A stretch of DNA of 64,000 nt from Botryllus schlosseri. Lineage: Eukaryota. This document shows positions 1 to 12,600 of the stretch, in pieces. The notes under the pieces were generated by a model that was not told the origin of the DNA, ran no database searches, and saw only the letters and a program-made list of their open reading frames with translations. Position numbers and translations under genes: made by a program. The DNA lies in assembly GCA_051294905.1 (NCBI GenBank), contig CM119373.1, forward strand, positions 1,428,001 to 1,492,000, in the 5' to 3' direction. The stretch's first letter is position 1; every line of letters starts with the position of its first letter.

Positions 1-134
1 CCTGACGAAAGAAGAAGTGAGGGAATTTGTCGCAACTCAACTGAGCGACAGTAGAATGGAAATGACAAGACAGCTTCTGTACGGGTTGATTTTGGATGAC
101 AAAGTTACGAAACCCATGACTAATTACCTTGCAG
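1..134 (+). CDS. NLR-like gene exon A (5' part lies outside window); LTKEEVREFVATQLSDSRMEMTRQLLYGLILDDKVTKPMTNYLA, resembles post-NACHT helical region
   Basis: Open frame from nt 2, ending at donor GCAG|GTATGT (phase 1), which matches the phase of the acceptor at 7834. Confidence 0.7.
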
Positions 135-582
135 GTATGTGTATTAGGGATGGTGTGAACGTGAGGTCCACGTTCGCGTTCTTAGTGTGAACCTCAGAAA
201 TTTAGAGGATCGCGTTCACAATCGAACCTTGGCACGCTCTGCACTCTGAACCTTATTCATATATTGCAATTTTCATTTTTGCATGGTTACTATAATTAAA
301 GGTCGGCGCGTCTGCCCAGACTTCCTCGCGGCCAACTTCGTTCAACATCGTCGCGATATCGCGAACCCAAGAATAAAGGCGGAATGCCCCCAGGTTTAGA
401 ACAACTATCTTTGAATAAGGCATCCAATCGGCCTAAACCGACTCTATGGATATACCGTTATCTTTTAATTGCGATTATAATTAGACTGATTTTGGTAAAT
501 GAATGTTTTAATTGTTTATTTTTAATCGCAGTTTCCGCGCGGTTGGTAGTTCCCATATTAAAACCAATATAATAATAATAAT

Positions 583-1268
583 AATTGGTACGATTACAGC
601 CCAGCACCAGTGACAGAAAACGAACAAGTAAAAATTCTGTGGGATGTACCAGTTATAACTGACCGCGAAATCAGGAGCAACCGCCCGGATATAATCGTCA
701 AACTAAAAAAGAAAAGAGAATGCTTATTCATTGAACTGGCTGTCCCAGCTGATCACAACCTACTGCAAAAAGAATCAGAAAAACACTCCAAATACGCAGA
801 CCTCAAAATGGAATGTGAGAAAATGTGGCGATGCAAAATAAACATTGTACCGATAGTCATTGGTGCTACAGGGGTCGTGAGCAAAAAACTCATGAGGCAT
901 ATCCAACAAATTCCGGGTAACGTTCGATTCGACATGATCCAGAAGATCACATTATTGGGCACTGTGCACATTCTTCGGAAGGCCTTGAATGCACCACTGG
1001 ACTAAAATTACAGTTGTGAATCACAGCATAATTTCTGTAATTTCGATTCTTCATCTTCAATCATCTCTACCTCTGCTCTGTAACCCTTGCCAATTCTTCA
1101 TCTGCTGCAATTCTGTAATCTGACCTCTCCGTGTATTGCATAGGAATAACAATTTGAATGTATTACTGAAATTTTAAAAATTTACTCCAATCTCGCCATT
1201 TTCCTTTGGGGGCAGGTTGCTCCCCGGATTATGTGTGTATCTACCAGTTTTACTGTGAATAAAGAATA
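583..1268 (+). mobile_element. RLE-type non-LTR retrotransposon (R4/Dong-like), 5'-truncated copy 1
   Basis: ORF to 1005 with restriction-like endonuclease motif RPD..FIELAVP..K..KY; 3'UTR near-identical to copies 2 and 3; flanked by (AAT)n. Confidence 0.9.
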
Positions 1269-1282
1269 TAATAATAATAATA

Positions 1283-2623
1283 ATCCCCAGAAAAAAAGGT
1301 GGTCGAGGACTACAAGAAATTGAACAAACTTTCAAAACAGAAATCATCGGCTTGTCACAGTACATCAACAACAGCGAAAACATTTACTGCATACTCATTG
1401 CACAGGAAGACAAACAGCGCAAAACAAAATCTCTGAGCTATCGTCACGACAAGTACGTCAGAGAAGTCAACATGGAAACAGCTAATCTGTACACTGCTGA
1501 AAACACTGTTGCCAAACCCACAACAATAGCAAAAGCAGCACGAGTTCAGTACAAAAATGCAATGCTCAAAATGAGAGAAACGATATGGGAATCGATGCCT
1601 CTTCATGGACAGCACAAGAAGTTAACTTCACAGCCCCATGTAGACGAGCTTTCATGGACCTGGCTATCCAGCTCAGGCCTGAAACCGGCAAGCGAAGGAT
1701 TCATTTTCGCAGCACAAGACCAATCGCTTCCTACAAAATACTATCGCAAAAGAATTCTGAAGCAAAACACGGACGGCAAATGCAGAATGTGCCACAACCA
1801 AAATGAAACTGTAGCACATCTCATGTCCGGCTGTGGTGCACTTGCAGCTACCGAATACACATTGAGACACAATAGGATTGGTCACTACATTCATCTTGAA
1901 TTATGCAAACATTTTAACATCACCACTTCGACAAAAAATTGGTACGATTACAGCCCAGCACCAGTGACAGAAAACGAACAAGTAAAAATTCTGTGGGATG
2001 TACCAGTTATAACTGACCGCGAAATCAGGAGCAACCGCCCGGATATAATCGTCAAACTAAAAAAGAAAAGAGAATGCTTATTCATTGAACTGGCTGTCCC
2101 AGCTGATCACAACCTACTGCAAAAAGAATCAGAAAAACACTCCAAATACGCAGACCTCAAAATGGAATGTGAGAAAATGTGGCGATGCAAAATAAACATT
2201 GTACCGATAGTCATTGGTGCTACAGGGGTCGTGAGCAAAAAACTCATGAGGCATATCCATCAAATCCCGGGTAACGTTCGATTCGACATGATCCAGAAGA
2301 TCACATTATTGGGCACTGTGCACATTCTTCGGAAGGCCTTGAATGCACCACTGGACTAAAATTACACTTGTGAATCACAGCATAATTTCTGTAATTTCGA
2401 TTTTTCATCTTCAATCATCTCTACCTCTGCTCTGTAACCCTTGCCAATTCTTCATCTGCTGCAATTCTGTAATCTGAATTCTCCGTGTATTGCATAGGAA
2501 TAAGAATTTGAATGTATTACTGAAATTTTAAAAATATACTCCAATCTCGCCATTTTCCTTTGGGGGCAGGTTGCTCCCCGGATTATGTGTGTATCTACCA
2601 GTTTTACTGTGAATAAAGAATAT
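1283..2623 (+). mobile_element. RLE-type non-LTR retrotransposon (R4/Dong-like), 5'-truncated copy 2
   Basis: Frame open 1283..2359: PRKKGGRGL (end of RT), CCHC knuckle CRMC..ETVAHLMSGC, RHN, PD..E..K endonuclease; AATAAA then (AAT)n tail. Confidence 0.92.
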
Positions 2624-2640
2624 AATAATAATAATAATAA

Positions 2641-3612
2641 TCATGGACCTGGCTATCCAGCTCTGGCCTGAAACCGGCAAGCGAAGGATTCATTTTCGCA
2701 GCACAAGACCAATCGCTTCCTACAAAATACTATCGGAAAAGAATTCTGAAGCAAAACACAGACGGCAAATGCAGAATGTGCCACAACCAAAATGAAACTG
2801 TAGCACATCTCATGTCCGGCTGTGGTGCACTTGCAGCTACCGAATACACATGGAGACACAATAGGATTGGTCACTACATTCATCTTGAGTTATGCAAACA
2901 TTTTAACATCACCACTTCGACAAAAAATTGGTACGATTACAGCCCAGCACCAGTGACAGAAAACGAACAAGTAAAAATTCTGTGGGATGTACCAGTTATA
3001 ACTGACCGCGAAATCAGGAGCAACCGCCCGGATATAATCGTCAAACTAAAAAAGAAAAGAGAATGCTTATTCATTGAACTGGCTGTCCCAGCTGATCACA
3101 ACCTACTGCAAAAAGAATCAGAAAAACACTCCAAATACGCAGATCTCAAAATGGAATGTGAGAAAATGTGGCGATGCAAAATAAACATTGTACCGATAGT
3201 CATTGGTGCTACAGGGGTCGTGAGCAAAAAACTCATGAGGCATATCCAACAAATCCCGGGTAACGTTCGATTCGACATGATCCAGAAGATCACATTATTG
3301 GGCACTGTGTACATTCTTCGGAAGGCCTTGAATGCACCACTGGATTAAAATTACACTTGTGAATCACAGCATAATTTCTGTAATTTCGATTATTCATCTT
3401 CAATCATCTCTACCTCTGCTCTGTAACCCTTGCCAATTCTTCATCTGCTGCAATTCTGTAATCTGACTTCTCCGTGTATTGCATAGGAATAACAATTTGA
3501 ATGTATTACTGAAATTTTAAAAATTTACTCCAATCTCGCCATTTTCCTTTGGGGGCAGGTTGCTCCCCGGATTATGAGTGTATCTACCAGTTTTACTGTG
3601 AATAAAGAATAT
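2641..3612 (+). mobile_element. RLE-type non-LTR retrotransposon (R4/Dong-like), 5'-truncated copy 3
   Basis: Starts at tcatggacctgg (internal to copy 2); frame to 3348 with CCHC and RLE motifs; (AAT)n tail. Confidence 0.92.
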
Positions 3613-4785
3613 AATAATAATATAATAATTTATAGAGCGCCGAATATAACAATATATCATTACTACACTAGGGCGCTGTACATAAAAGGCAATAAAATAC
3701 AAAAGTAAACGATATGTATAAAAGAAGAAGTGCATAGTTGTAGGGCGGAATGAACACTAGGCCTACTCTAGTTCGAACGCTCGTGTGAATAAAACGGTCT
3801 TGATTTTGCGTTTGAAAACATATAGCGATTAACATAGTCTGATAGAAATTGGAAGATTGTTCCACAGAATGGCGGCCGAGGAAGAAAAGGTTCTCTCGCC
3901 GTAGGTCGATGTTCTGACTCTTGGAACGGACCAGAGCTTTTGCGACTGAGAACGTAGCGCTCTTCCGGGATTATACATTGACACTAGCTCACGAAGATAC
4001 GCTGGTGCACTTCCCTCCATGCATTTGAAGACGTACAGAAGAAGCTTGTATTCAGACCTAAATTTCACGGGTAACCAATGAAGGGGTCTAAGAATCGGTG
4101 TTACGTGATCACGCTTCCTTGACCGAGTTACCAAACGAGCAGCGATGTTTTGGATCTTTTGTAGCTTGTCGATGCAATTTTGGTTTACCCCGTAAAGCAG
4201 AGCATTTCCATAGTCGAACCGTGATATCACCAGCGACAGTATTATGGCTTTGCATGCATCCTCAGATAGGTAGTTCCCGATTCGACTGATCTTGTGGATA
4301 TACATGAAACAGATTTTTGATGTATAGTCGATATGTTTTTCCATTGAGAGCATGCCGTCAAAGTGAATACCTAGGTTACGTACGCAGGTCTTGGCTTGGA
4401 TGGTGTCTGGTCCGAATCTGATGGTGAATTGATTGTGGTCGATGGGGCGTCTGGTTGGCGTAAAAATTATGAGTTCAGTTTTCTCTTTGTTTAACTTGAG
4501 ACGATTTTGTGTCATCCAGAGCTCAATATCAATAAGACATCGCTGTAACTTGGATGACACGCTCTCCCAATCATTGCTATTTCTCATAAGACCGTAGACC
4601 TGTGTATCATCCGCGTAGCAATGGTGGAAGAAACCATGGCGACGGCAAATATCTCCGACTGGCTTCGTGTACATGAGGTAGAGCAATGGGCCGAGAACAG
4701 AACCCTGTGGTACGCCTGATTCGATTTGAATCTCTGACGAGCGGACACCATAACAATTCGTGCGCAGCGCGAAGAAATATTTCAT
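3613..4785 (-). mobile_element. L2/CR1-group LINE, 5'-truncated (RT C-terminal half, 3'UTR and TAT tail)
   Basis: ORF 3829..4785: GVPQGSVLGPLL, YADDTQVY, NRLKLNKEKTE, SRFDYGN, LHWLPV; 3' end ...gcgctctataaat(tat)n, typical of L2. Confidence 0.9.
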
Positions 4786-5260
4786 GTAGCAAAAATCTGC
4801 CCAACAATACTATTGTCTGTGTTGAATTACGAAAAAATATGAGTTTCCTTCAAGCATTCAGAATTCCAGACATTTGGGCAGATTTTAGAATTTCCTCCCG
4901 GACGCAGTTTTAACAGTGAAATTCCGGACGTATGGCAACCCTACACTAGAAGATCATGCACCTAGACCAGGGGTTCTCAACCTGGGGGGCGGAAGGCTCT
5001 CAGGGCGGGGCGAGAAATTTTTGTCAATTTTGTCAATGTCTGTATAAATTGTGACTAAACATGTATTTCACAACCATTCTGAAGAGATGATTATTGAAGA
5101 TTAAACCTAATTAGTATTCTAGAAAGCTTGCCAAACTCAAACTCCAGCAGTCGCGCTCAACGGAGTATAGGCTGACTTCAACTTCATTTGAGCAAATTTT
5201 TGATATTCTTTGAAGATTTAGAGAAATTCCTATACGTGCAAGTCATTCATTACTTTATAG

Positions 5261-6150
5261 CAGGGGTGGGCAAACTTTTGAGCTCGCGGGCCGCATTCAA
5301 CATCTGAATCCATTCGCGGGCCGCACTATATAAAATTGAGATTTGTAAACCAAAACGCAATATTGATATTTGATTATATAGTGAGGACATGGAGATAATA
5401 TATGTGCTTATTTAAAACAAGCCGAACATTGCTTTGATGATATCGTACACGCGTCAGAAACATATATTGGCGAGAGAGGCTAGCGGACCTCAATAACCAA
5501 TTTGTCAAAACTATAGAGATGAAAGTCGGTTGGCCCGATTCTTAGAACAGGATTGAAAATTAAATCTGTGAGCAGCGATCTGTACATAGATTTACTAATT
5601 CCACTTTTGGTTCAGTTCCAGGACACACAATGCTGACAGCACCATAACCATGTCAGCTTCAATCACGCTTGCACTATGTGTAGATCAAATATAAATACCC
5701 TGATTCTACCCATACAGACAACGAATCTACCTAAGACACGCCCGAATCGTTTTTTACAAGCACATCACTGAAGTAATTAAAAATGGAGTGGCCAATCTGA
5801 AATCCCACTCGTGATCCAAATTATGTCAATCTCATTGCAGCTATCCCGCTGTGATATTAAGTATTTACCTTAGATCAGTGGTTTTCAAACTTTTTAAGAC
5901 ACGCCCCCCAACCTTATGATGCTTTCACGCCCCCAAGGGGGGGAGGGGGCGCCCACCAGTTTAAGAACCACTGTCTTAGAATTATCATGGTGAAATATAC
6001 TACGAAAAAGTTAATCAAGTCCCTGCAATAATTCGATTTTTAGTACGCATTTTATCAATATTTTTTAAAAGTTTCTTTACACTCTCGCGAGCCGCACAGA
6101 ACGTGTTGCGGGCCGCATGCGGCCCGCGGGCCGTAGTTTGCCCACCCCTG
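5261..6150. mobile_element. hAT MITE (nested)
   Basis: TIRs caggggtgggcaaac / gtttgcccacccctg; perfect 8-bp TSD ctttatag; gcgggccgc subterminal motifs. Confidence 0.9.
5876..5973. mobile_element. Mini hAT MITE (98 bp, nested)
   Basis: TIRs cagtggttttcaaac / gtttaagaaccactg; TSD ccttagat/tcttagaa. Confidence 0.75.
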
Positions 6151-6489
6151 CTTTATAGCCTTGGCAGTAGCCCAAATCTCTGTGCGCTAGGTAGCTGTTG
6201 TTGATAGTTGGCGAACTGCACTGCCTAAAACAGACTTAGATGCAATATGGGTTGCCCGGTTTTGCCCTCAATTTGGCTATAAATCAACACAATTTATTTC
6301 ATTTCCAAAACTGATCAAATTTAGCATGGCAGGACAGGACGACGCCGTGCTCTCTGTAGCATCAGGATTAGTCTCATTAGTCTCAGTGCAGCCTGCCTTG
6401 AAATTAATTGATGTCCTTTTCAATGTTTTTTTTGTTATTTTCGAACAAGTTTGGGGAAGTTTGTCAGTAATGTAAAAGACTTGACAACT

Positions 6490-7011
6490 GGAATGTGGGC
6501 AGCCCGTACGGCCGCATGCGGCCGTAGAAGGGAATTTGTGCGGTCGTCGATGCCTAATTCAATTAGTATGTGTTGGCAGCCGTAGACATGCAAATTGCAA
6601 TTACGAATTCACTCCCGAATTTTCGAGAGATTTTATTTAATCTTGAAATTTTCTCCGCGCTCCGCCCAATTAAACAAGACTTAATGCAGTAGCGCCCTTC
6701 TTACTTTGAGCAGGAATGGGAATCGTCTAGAAATAACAATTCATTCGCGGCTCTGAAAAATTTCCGCGCTCCGCGCGACAATATTCACTCCCAGCAACTA
6801 TTCATAACATTGCCACGCGCGATTTCGGTGCGTACAATAGGCCGTTGTGAAAAGTTGAATAGTCAGGAGTTCACAGGGAATGGATATGGACAGTTTACCA
6901 TAGGTATTTTGCGTCCAGATCGTTCATTGCGGTTATGCACTGGAATGCGGCCTCGGGCTACATAAGTAATCGAAATGCGGCCATGGTTAGCAGGAAGGTT
7001 GCCCACCTCTG
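6490..7011. mobile_element. Degraded hAT MITE, related to 49871-50572 in opposite orientation
   Basis: Right TIR aggttgcccacctctg; shares gcggccgtagaagggaatttgtgcgg motif; left TIR decayed. Confidence 0.5.
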
Positions 7012-7833
7012 TATTAGATGACGTGCACTTTTTGACATGACGATAAATGTAAGGGGGGTTAGGGGGGCGCGATGTTTTTGATCATCTCCAGGGGGCGCCT
7101 GTCAAAAAAGGTTGAGAACCGCTGGTTTAGACAATTCGCTGCGATGCGCATAAGTAACATAAAATTCGAATTCCTCTGTTCCTCTGTTCCTTTTAGGTTC
7201 AGTGCATCACATCTTCGTATTGTTTGGGGTGGATCTTGGCCACGAATGTGCTACGTACAAATATCGAGATACGTATAATGCACAAGATAGCTCAAGTATA
7301 AAACAATTTGATCAATTTGGTGTCATATTATCACTGGTTGGGCGTTGTATATACAGTACACCGGAATTGGACTGAGTGACATTCAAATATTGCAATGCAA
7401 ACCCCTGCGACCCATGACTAAGACGAGACTAATATTGTAGCCAATCGCCTCGCGAATAAAATTAACTTGTACTATATTTTGCAACCCCAGATTCGGTTTC
7501 CAAGTTTCTTGATGAAGTTTGATGAAGTCAGAATCAGGAGTATTCGTTGAAGTTGTACTTTGCTGTGTAGTAGTGTCGTAGTTGAGTATGGATGCATCTT
7601 ATAATATCAGCTAGCAGTAGATTTAGTGTTTCTGACTCTCTGAAGAGACACGATCGTCCGATGAGCTATCTATTTTTAAAACTTTATTCACCAAACCTAA
7701 TTACAACCATATGCTAAGCATAAAGTGTTTCCTGCGTGATATCTGATATACTGCCCATATGGAACACTTTCATCATACTTTCAACTGCGATCTCTAGTTT
7801 GCAATATTATTAATACAAAATTCTTTATAACAG

Positions 7834-8156
7834 ATAGGAAAACGTCTATCAAGGAGTGCAGAGAAATATTGATCGAACAACTTGATGGCATGACAGAAAA
7901 TGGCATCATTCGAGACATTCAAACAATCAAGCTTCTGAGTGGATGTGGAGATGGGACTATAGAGAATATGAAGCAAAAAGTACAAAGAATCGTCATCGAA
8001 TATCTGCCATACCTACTACAGAATGATCGCATATTATTGGCTTCAATGATAAAAAGACTATCACCTCTCGCTGAAGTGAAATTCAATCAATTCAATTTGG
8101 ATCCTTCCCTGATTCCACTCGTGAATGATTTTCTCTCTGCGGTTGACGTGTTCGAG
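7834..8156 (+). CDS. NLR-like gene exon B (DRKTSIKECREILIEQLDG...DFLSAVDVFE)
   Basis: Acceptor ttctttataacag|AT, donor TTCGAG|gtaata; overlaps ORF 7869..8171; phase 1 in, phase 0 out. Confidence 0.8.
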
Positions 8157-8309
8157 GTAATATTATCATAATTATGGTATTCAAATCAGGTCACAATCAA
8201 TTGGAATTGCATATCCACGAGATGCTCCATGACGTATCCCTCATTCGCAAATTACCGGTTTTTATAAGTATTTCAATAGGATTGTGCGCTTTCACCCTGT
8301 GAATCCATA

Positions 8310-8560
8310 TGACGAGATAGTGTGATAGTGGTACGGTCGACAGTTTAAAAACCAAGGGTTTGCGAGTTCGAGTCCGAACGAGGTCGACTCTGGTATTCCT
8401 GCCAAAGTGTTAAAATTTTTAGGCTCCTCCGCGCCATGTTATCCACGTCTTAAAAGCCGAGAATGAAACTGACCGTGCTAAATTCCGGCTGATTAGGAAT
8501 CTTAATAAAGATTATCGACTTGTTCTAAATGACCATAGCAGTCGACAACCGACTGAACTC
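8310..8560 (+). mobile_element. tRNA-derived SINE, diverged copy
   Basis: B-box gagttcgagtcc; body (gaggtcgact..taggctcctc..ccgtgcta..taaatgaccatag) homologous to the SINE at 52662-55016. Confidence 0.7.
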
Positions 8561-8851
8561 TTTTAGTTTCATCAACCCTTTGCTAAACTACTGTTGCTGA
8601 TAAGTTACACAAAAACGCAACGACACAGCCAATCAATTTAATTACCGGACTGTGACGGTGAATCGTGGTTTCTTCCCGGTTTCTCGTGATCGAATATGCA
8701 ACATCGAGGAAAGGATATTTTTCGATTGAAATTTATATTTGTCCCCATCATCGTGTTTTCACAATGATTACTGAAATAAGATATATTCTAATGATCCGAA
8801 CCGTCGTTTTCGTCTCACAACATTAAGAATATGACACCGTTCTATTTCCAG

Positions 8852-9016
8852 CTTGAATGCATGGCTATCGAGGATACATCCTTAGCGCACGAAAATATTG
8901 TTGGGTATTTGGATATTTGGCGACATTGTCCTAGCAGTGAAATCTATCTATACGAATGTAATCTGACTAAGGAAAATCTCACCATGATTGCTCAAGTCTT
9001 CCAGAATTTTAACCAG
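8852..9016 (+). CDS. NLR-like gene exon C, LRR pair (LECMAIEDTSL...EIYLYECNLTKENLTMIAQVFQNFNQ)
   Basis: Acceptor tctatttccag|CTT, donor AACCAG|gtattg; 165 bp, phase 0/0; LxLxxCxL LRR motif. Confidence 0.85.
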
Positions 9017-9350
9017 GTATTGATTCTCATATCGTTATCTATACCCTTGTAGAAGTATATATTCACCTTATCCTAATTAGCAATATCTGCATCCAATCAT
9101 TGGCGGTGTCACAACCGATTCACACCAAGAAAATCACCGATTCAATGTTTAATTATAGATAACTAACATACGGATGGATGAGGGGCTCAGTCATTACACT
9201 TGAATAGGCCCAGACCTAATGATGAGTCGGCTAAAACCAGCATTATTGGTAGCCGCATACTTGGCGATACGAACCCTGAAATGCAATAAAACTAGTTTTC
9301 ACTGAAAGCTAGTGTCAGTAGTTAGTATGATCGGTCGTGAGGTGCGTGGG

Positions 9351-9600
9351 GCTCTTATGGCGGGGTGGTGAGCGGCTGGAAAACCGGGGGTGGTGAGCGG
9401 CTCCTTATACCTTATGGCGGGGTGGTGAGCGGCTATTGTGTCTTATGGCGGGGGTGGTGAGCGGCTCTTATTTCTTATGGCGGGGGTCGTGAGCGGCTGG
9501 AAAACCGGGGGTGGTGAGCGGCTTTTATGTCTTATGGCGGTGGTCGTGAGCGGCTATTGTGTCTTATGGCGGGGCGACATGCGGCTATTGTGTCTTATGG
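9351..9600 (+). repeat. GC-rich subterminal tandem repeats of element 1 (mirror at ~22536-22785)
   Basis: Repeated CTTATGGCGGGGTGGTGAGCGGCT / GGAAAACCGGGGGTGGTGAGCGG units. Confidence 0.9.
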
Positions 9601-12600
9601 ATGCGGGATAGCTCGCACGCGGCTTCGTTGTTGGCATGTCGTACTTCGTGTTGAATATGTATCAAGTAAATAGTCATGTGATTGGTCCTTAGGTAATGTG
9701 TATATTCCAAATTACGGCGAGTACGACAATGATATATCGTTATTCTTATGGGCACGGCGATGATTCGTACTTTCGTTTATAGACTGCGGGTGGCATGTCG
9801 TACTTTCAGCAAAAAAGGTGTGAAATAGTTTGCTAAGTCTAGGAATCACTTGCAAGGTAATGTTTGGGTAATTAGATTACCACAGAGCCGGCGTAGACGG
9901 CAATTCGAATATCAACAATAACCACGCTCACAAACTAACAGTTCAAAAATGTGTGAAATAGTTTGCAAAACTCCGCGATCGCCCACAAGATAATGTCTCG
10001 GACATAACCATCTTTAGTGACTTGGTGTTACAGGCATATCGATCACTCACGCGGTGAAATTTTCGTAAGCAGTTTGGCACAGAGCTTGATTTCACTCGTA
10101 AGATTTAATAAGTAACGAATAACAGACCGCCAGTGTCGGTAACTTGAATAGCGACAAATTGTCACTTATTTCCGCTCTAACCCTAATCCTTTGTGAAGTG
10201 AACGCTTATTCAAAAGGGTGTGATATAATTTTAAAATCCGACGACCACTCACCGGATAATGCTTCAGACGCTCACAAGGTAATATTTCGGTAATTAGTTT
10301 GTCCCAGAACCGTCGCAGGCGGTGATTCGAAAACCAACAATTTGTCACTCGCCCGCGATCGCTATATGTTTCACACCTCCAGAATAGTGGCTGACTTTAG
10401 TTGCGTGATAAGATCCATGAAAATATTCAATCAATGTGTTAGTTTGTCAACTTGAAATGAAACTCACTACACAAATCAAGTCGATTCGTATCTGAATGTT
10501 TTAAATCGGTACAACTCTAATCCTTTGACAAATCCCTTAACGCGTTTTTGTTGAATCGACCGTAACCCGAATATTACTGACGCCGACTTTCAGCCGCATC
10601 GAATTATTCGCACATTCCGCACCACTGTTTCACACTTATAGAATCAATACAAGAATCAAGAATCACAAGTATGTGCATTACACAGTTATTGTCTTTATTA
10701 ACTTGAAATCAAACACTTAACAAAAACACGCAACTAATCATTTGGCAACTCTAGCATTACCAAAAAATTCCAGTATTGTTGATTGGAAATCCTTGAGTCA
10801 TTATTATCAAAAATGTTATAGTACCGCATCGGAATCCATTCGCGGGATGTACTAAAGGTAAATCCAGATAATCCAAAATGAAATATTTGGACTTTGACAA
10901 ACATGACTACCAACTTTGATCCAGTCACATTTCAAGATCATACTTTGAAACAATCCTTGAAACTTACAACTCTATTCACGACTGAGTTTTCCGTTTATCA
11001 AATAGAGTTTCAGCAAATACTATCGCGATATTTTAATGTGTTACTACACACAATAGAATCAATCAATGAAATAGCACCTGTTGTAAATATTTCTAACTTG
11101 ACAACCACGATCGACTTGTGACGCGATGAGTTAAATCGGAATATTTCAATCTATTTGTCGAAACCTTGAACAAACTATCAGGTTATTTTTTGTTGCAATC
11201 GAGTGAACGGAAATAGTATTACGTCTCAACATTTCAACATCTTCCCATACACAAAAGAGTAAAATACAAAAAACCTTGTCAAGTCAATCCGTTTGTAACT
11301 TACCCAACCAAAACAAAAAGTATCCTTACGAAAAGTAGACAAGACTACGCAAGTAATCACTACAACCAACAAACATATCAAGTTCGGTTTTAGGCATATA
11401 CCACCAACTCGTCTTATTGGAATGTCAGCAACTCTTTACGGTCGTAGTTACAACCACATAAACTAATTTACCCTGCCCACACGTCATGATCATTCCTGAA
11501 ATCAACACAAACTCGACCACTGACTTGAGTTAACCACAAAACGGCATCAAGTTTTTAATCCACGTATAGCTGACAGATTATTCGAATACATCGATGGAGA
11601 ATATTATTGAACTCGTCGGTATTGTTACTTCAACAAATTACACCGACTGCGAAAGTTAATATGGAATGGTAAGACTTGATCACATATTTGTTGAACACAG
11701 ACATGACAAAGAACATGATCGGGATTTTATAAACTAGTCATATTACTTTTCACATCTATCAATATCAGAATACAAGTCATCAAACTTTTTGTTAAATGTA
11801 ACATAGCACTTTTGGAATCGGATTCGTTATAGTCGTACAAATTGTATTAAACCCAACATCAAAACAAAAGGACTTTTTTAGTTCATTGAAATCAAACCAT
11901 TCGTCTTCGACTTGTGCTTTTTTAGATTGCCCGCGACAATTCGTTTCGAGTGAGTTGTAACCAAAGTCAAGATATCTTTGTGTCCACAGATATGGAAGAT
12001 GAATATAGCTAACACAATCACGAATCGACGTTTCAGAGTATTTCACGGATGTAATAAACTTGTTAGTGTCACCTATCTAAAAGTACGCACGCGTTCGATT
12101 TCCATACCGACTGTTGCGATGTTTAGGATTCACTTACAATAACCACGGGTGAGGATTTAACATCAACGTCGTTACTGGTGGTATTCACAACAGAGAATCG
12201 AAACATTACACAGTGTGAAAATATATCTTTGATATCAAAGCATTATCCCAAGTATACGATTAATAGTCAACTCCGTTCACACTTTCTATAGAACGTGCTA
12301 AATGTAAAATATCAGGAGGTTGCACTCTAAGACTTTGATCATTACAAAAGTAAATTGGAATATGTTTGCTGGATGCATTCAATTCAGCTAGAAATGTCTA
12401 GTGCACAACAATCGTAATATCAAGGAAGTACTTGCTATCACTAAACGTGTTTTGTATCGTTGTTCATTTGTAGTATTTATTGAAATTGTTTTTGAACACT
12501 CAAATAATAATTCCCGACATGAAACCAAGCCGCTGAAAGTCGTTACCATAACAAAGAAACAATTTGTACGATGTTTGGCAAATGTACCCTATAGTTAGGT

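Larger units (their letters stand above)
4968..7124. mobile_element. hAT (Charlie-like) MITE, outer member of a nest
   Basis: TIRs caggggttctcaacct / aggttgagaaccgctg; degenerate TSD acctagac/gtttagac. Confidence 0.65.

Noticed and set aside
566..3630. Simple tandem segmental duplication of one retroelement
   Set aside because: The copies have three different 5' ends, each joined to (AAT)n, which fits independent retrotransposition.
9159..9203. Extra LRR exon (ITNIRMDEGLSHYT*)
   Set aside because: Weak acceptor and an early stop; no 168-bp structure.
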